Source of the DNA: Macrostomum hystrix
Taxonomy: Eukaryota > Animalia > Platyhelminthes
DNA: 64,000 bases
Assembly (NCBI GenBank): GCA_950097015.1
Contig: CATNEN010000038.1
Span: forward strand, 6,448,001-6,512,000
Reading direction: 5' to 3'
The notes under the pieces were generated by a model. The model was not told the origin of the DNA. It saw only the letters and a list, made by a program, of their open reading frames with translations, and searched no databases. The stretch's first letter is position 1. Each line of letters starts with the position of its first letter. This document shows positions 63,086 through 64,000 of the stretch, in pieces. A program made the position numbers and the translations under genes.

Positions 63086-64000
63086 ATTCGGGAAGGATTT
63101 CTCTGAAGTTTATTTATTATTCGTGTATTCTTTAGTTTTCGTTATCATTGCAGCAAATTTCTTAAAAAAAATTCTTGTTGCTACTAATCAGAAGTCGCTC
63201 TCTACAGCAATACAGATCAGTTTTTTACTATTCCAAGTGGGACAGGGAGGTTTCCTGTTGTTTTTTAAACAACAAACAACAAAGTTTTTATTTCAGCAGT
63301 GCAATGGTCAAGCATACTCTACCGCTTGTATGTGACTAATTTACAATGTAATGTAATTGGTTTAAAAAAAGTTTTTAAAAAACTCCCTACTTCTCGTCTG
63401 CTCTGCACGGGTTACAGTGCCGTCATCAAAGCATCAAATTTCTTTCGCCGTTAATTTATACGTTTTTTCAAGAACCTCTGATTTAAGTTTTTTGTCGTTT
63501 CTCGTTGTGCGCTTCCCACTCTTAACAGTAGTAGATGTTAGATGCCTTTCATTCATTATCGTCATCTTTGTTAGCTTTTTGTTGTTGCTAATTTTTTGTT
63601 GACTTGAGTTTTCTACGTCGCGACTGGGAACCAGTTAACTTATTGCAGGAGGCGCATTTGAGATTTGAGATTGTGTACTTTTACTAGGGCGCTGTACTTT
63701 TGAAGGGCGTGATGTACTTTAGAGAAACGCAGTTTGTTGTATTTCTCAGTGAGGCGGTGCACTTAACCACATGAATTCAGTTAGTTATCAATTATCAGGT
63801 ACAGGCACACAGATTAACCATCTGCTCGAAGGCTTCCACATATATTGATGTCGAATGTTTATTATCAAATATTTATTGTGCATGTTGTCTGTTTGATAAG
63901 TGTTTCGCTTTTTAGCACTGTACTTCTATCTCAATAGCAATTCTAAAGCTGCTAGCAAATTAAACAATTATAAATGATCAACTAATTAGTGTTTTTTGTT

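Overview
Eukaryotic (animal) genomic DNA with spliced GT-AG genes whose GC-rich exons sit in AT-rich introns crowded with minisatellites. The style is reminiscent of a free-living flatworm such as Macrostomum, which is an inference only. Genes reconstructed from splice sites and reading phase: a 2-exon rhodopsin-type peptide GPCR (+), a 2-exon orphan ~175-aa protein (+), coatomer gamma COPG (8 exons, -), an SLC35C2-like nucleotide-sugar transporter (-), a DLGAP/GKAP (SAPAP)-family gene (-), a tail-anchored GST-fold (GDAP1/metaxin-like) gene (+) and bifunctional PAPS synthase (4 exons, +). The GST-like gene's intron holds a young but internally deleted Ty3/gypsy LTR element (LTRs, PBS, PPT and 5-bp TSD all visible). 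Its pol is interrupted by a 1.56-kb insert that fuses a PWWP chromatin-reader domain in frame to pol. Also present are tRNA-derived SINEs, a hAT-like MITE and more than 25 tandem arrays. The most striking patterns are: (i) most downstream introns carry their own private minisatellite, often abutting a splice site; (ii) the PWWP capture inside the gypsy element; (iii) CpG-depleted, array-free 5' introns; (iv) an unexplained orphan gene.
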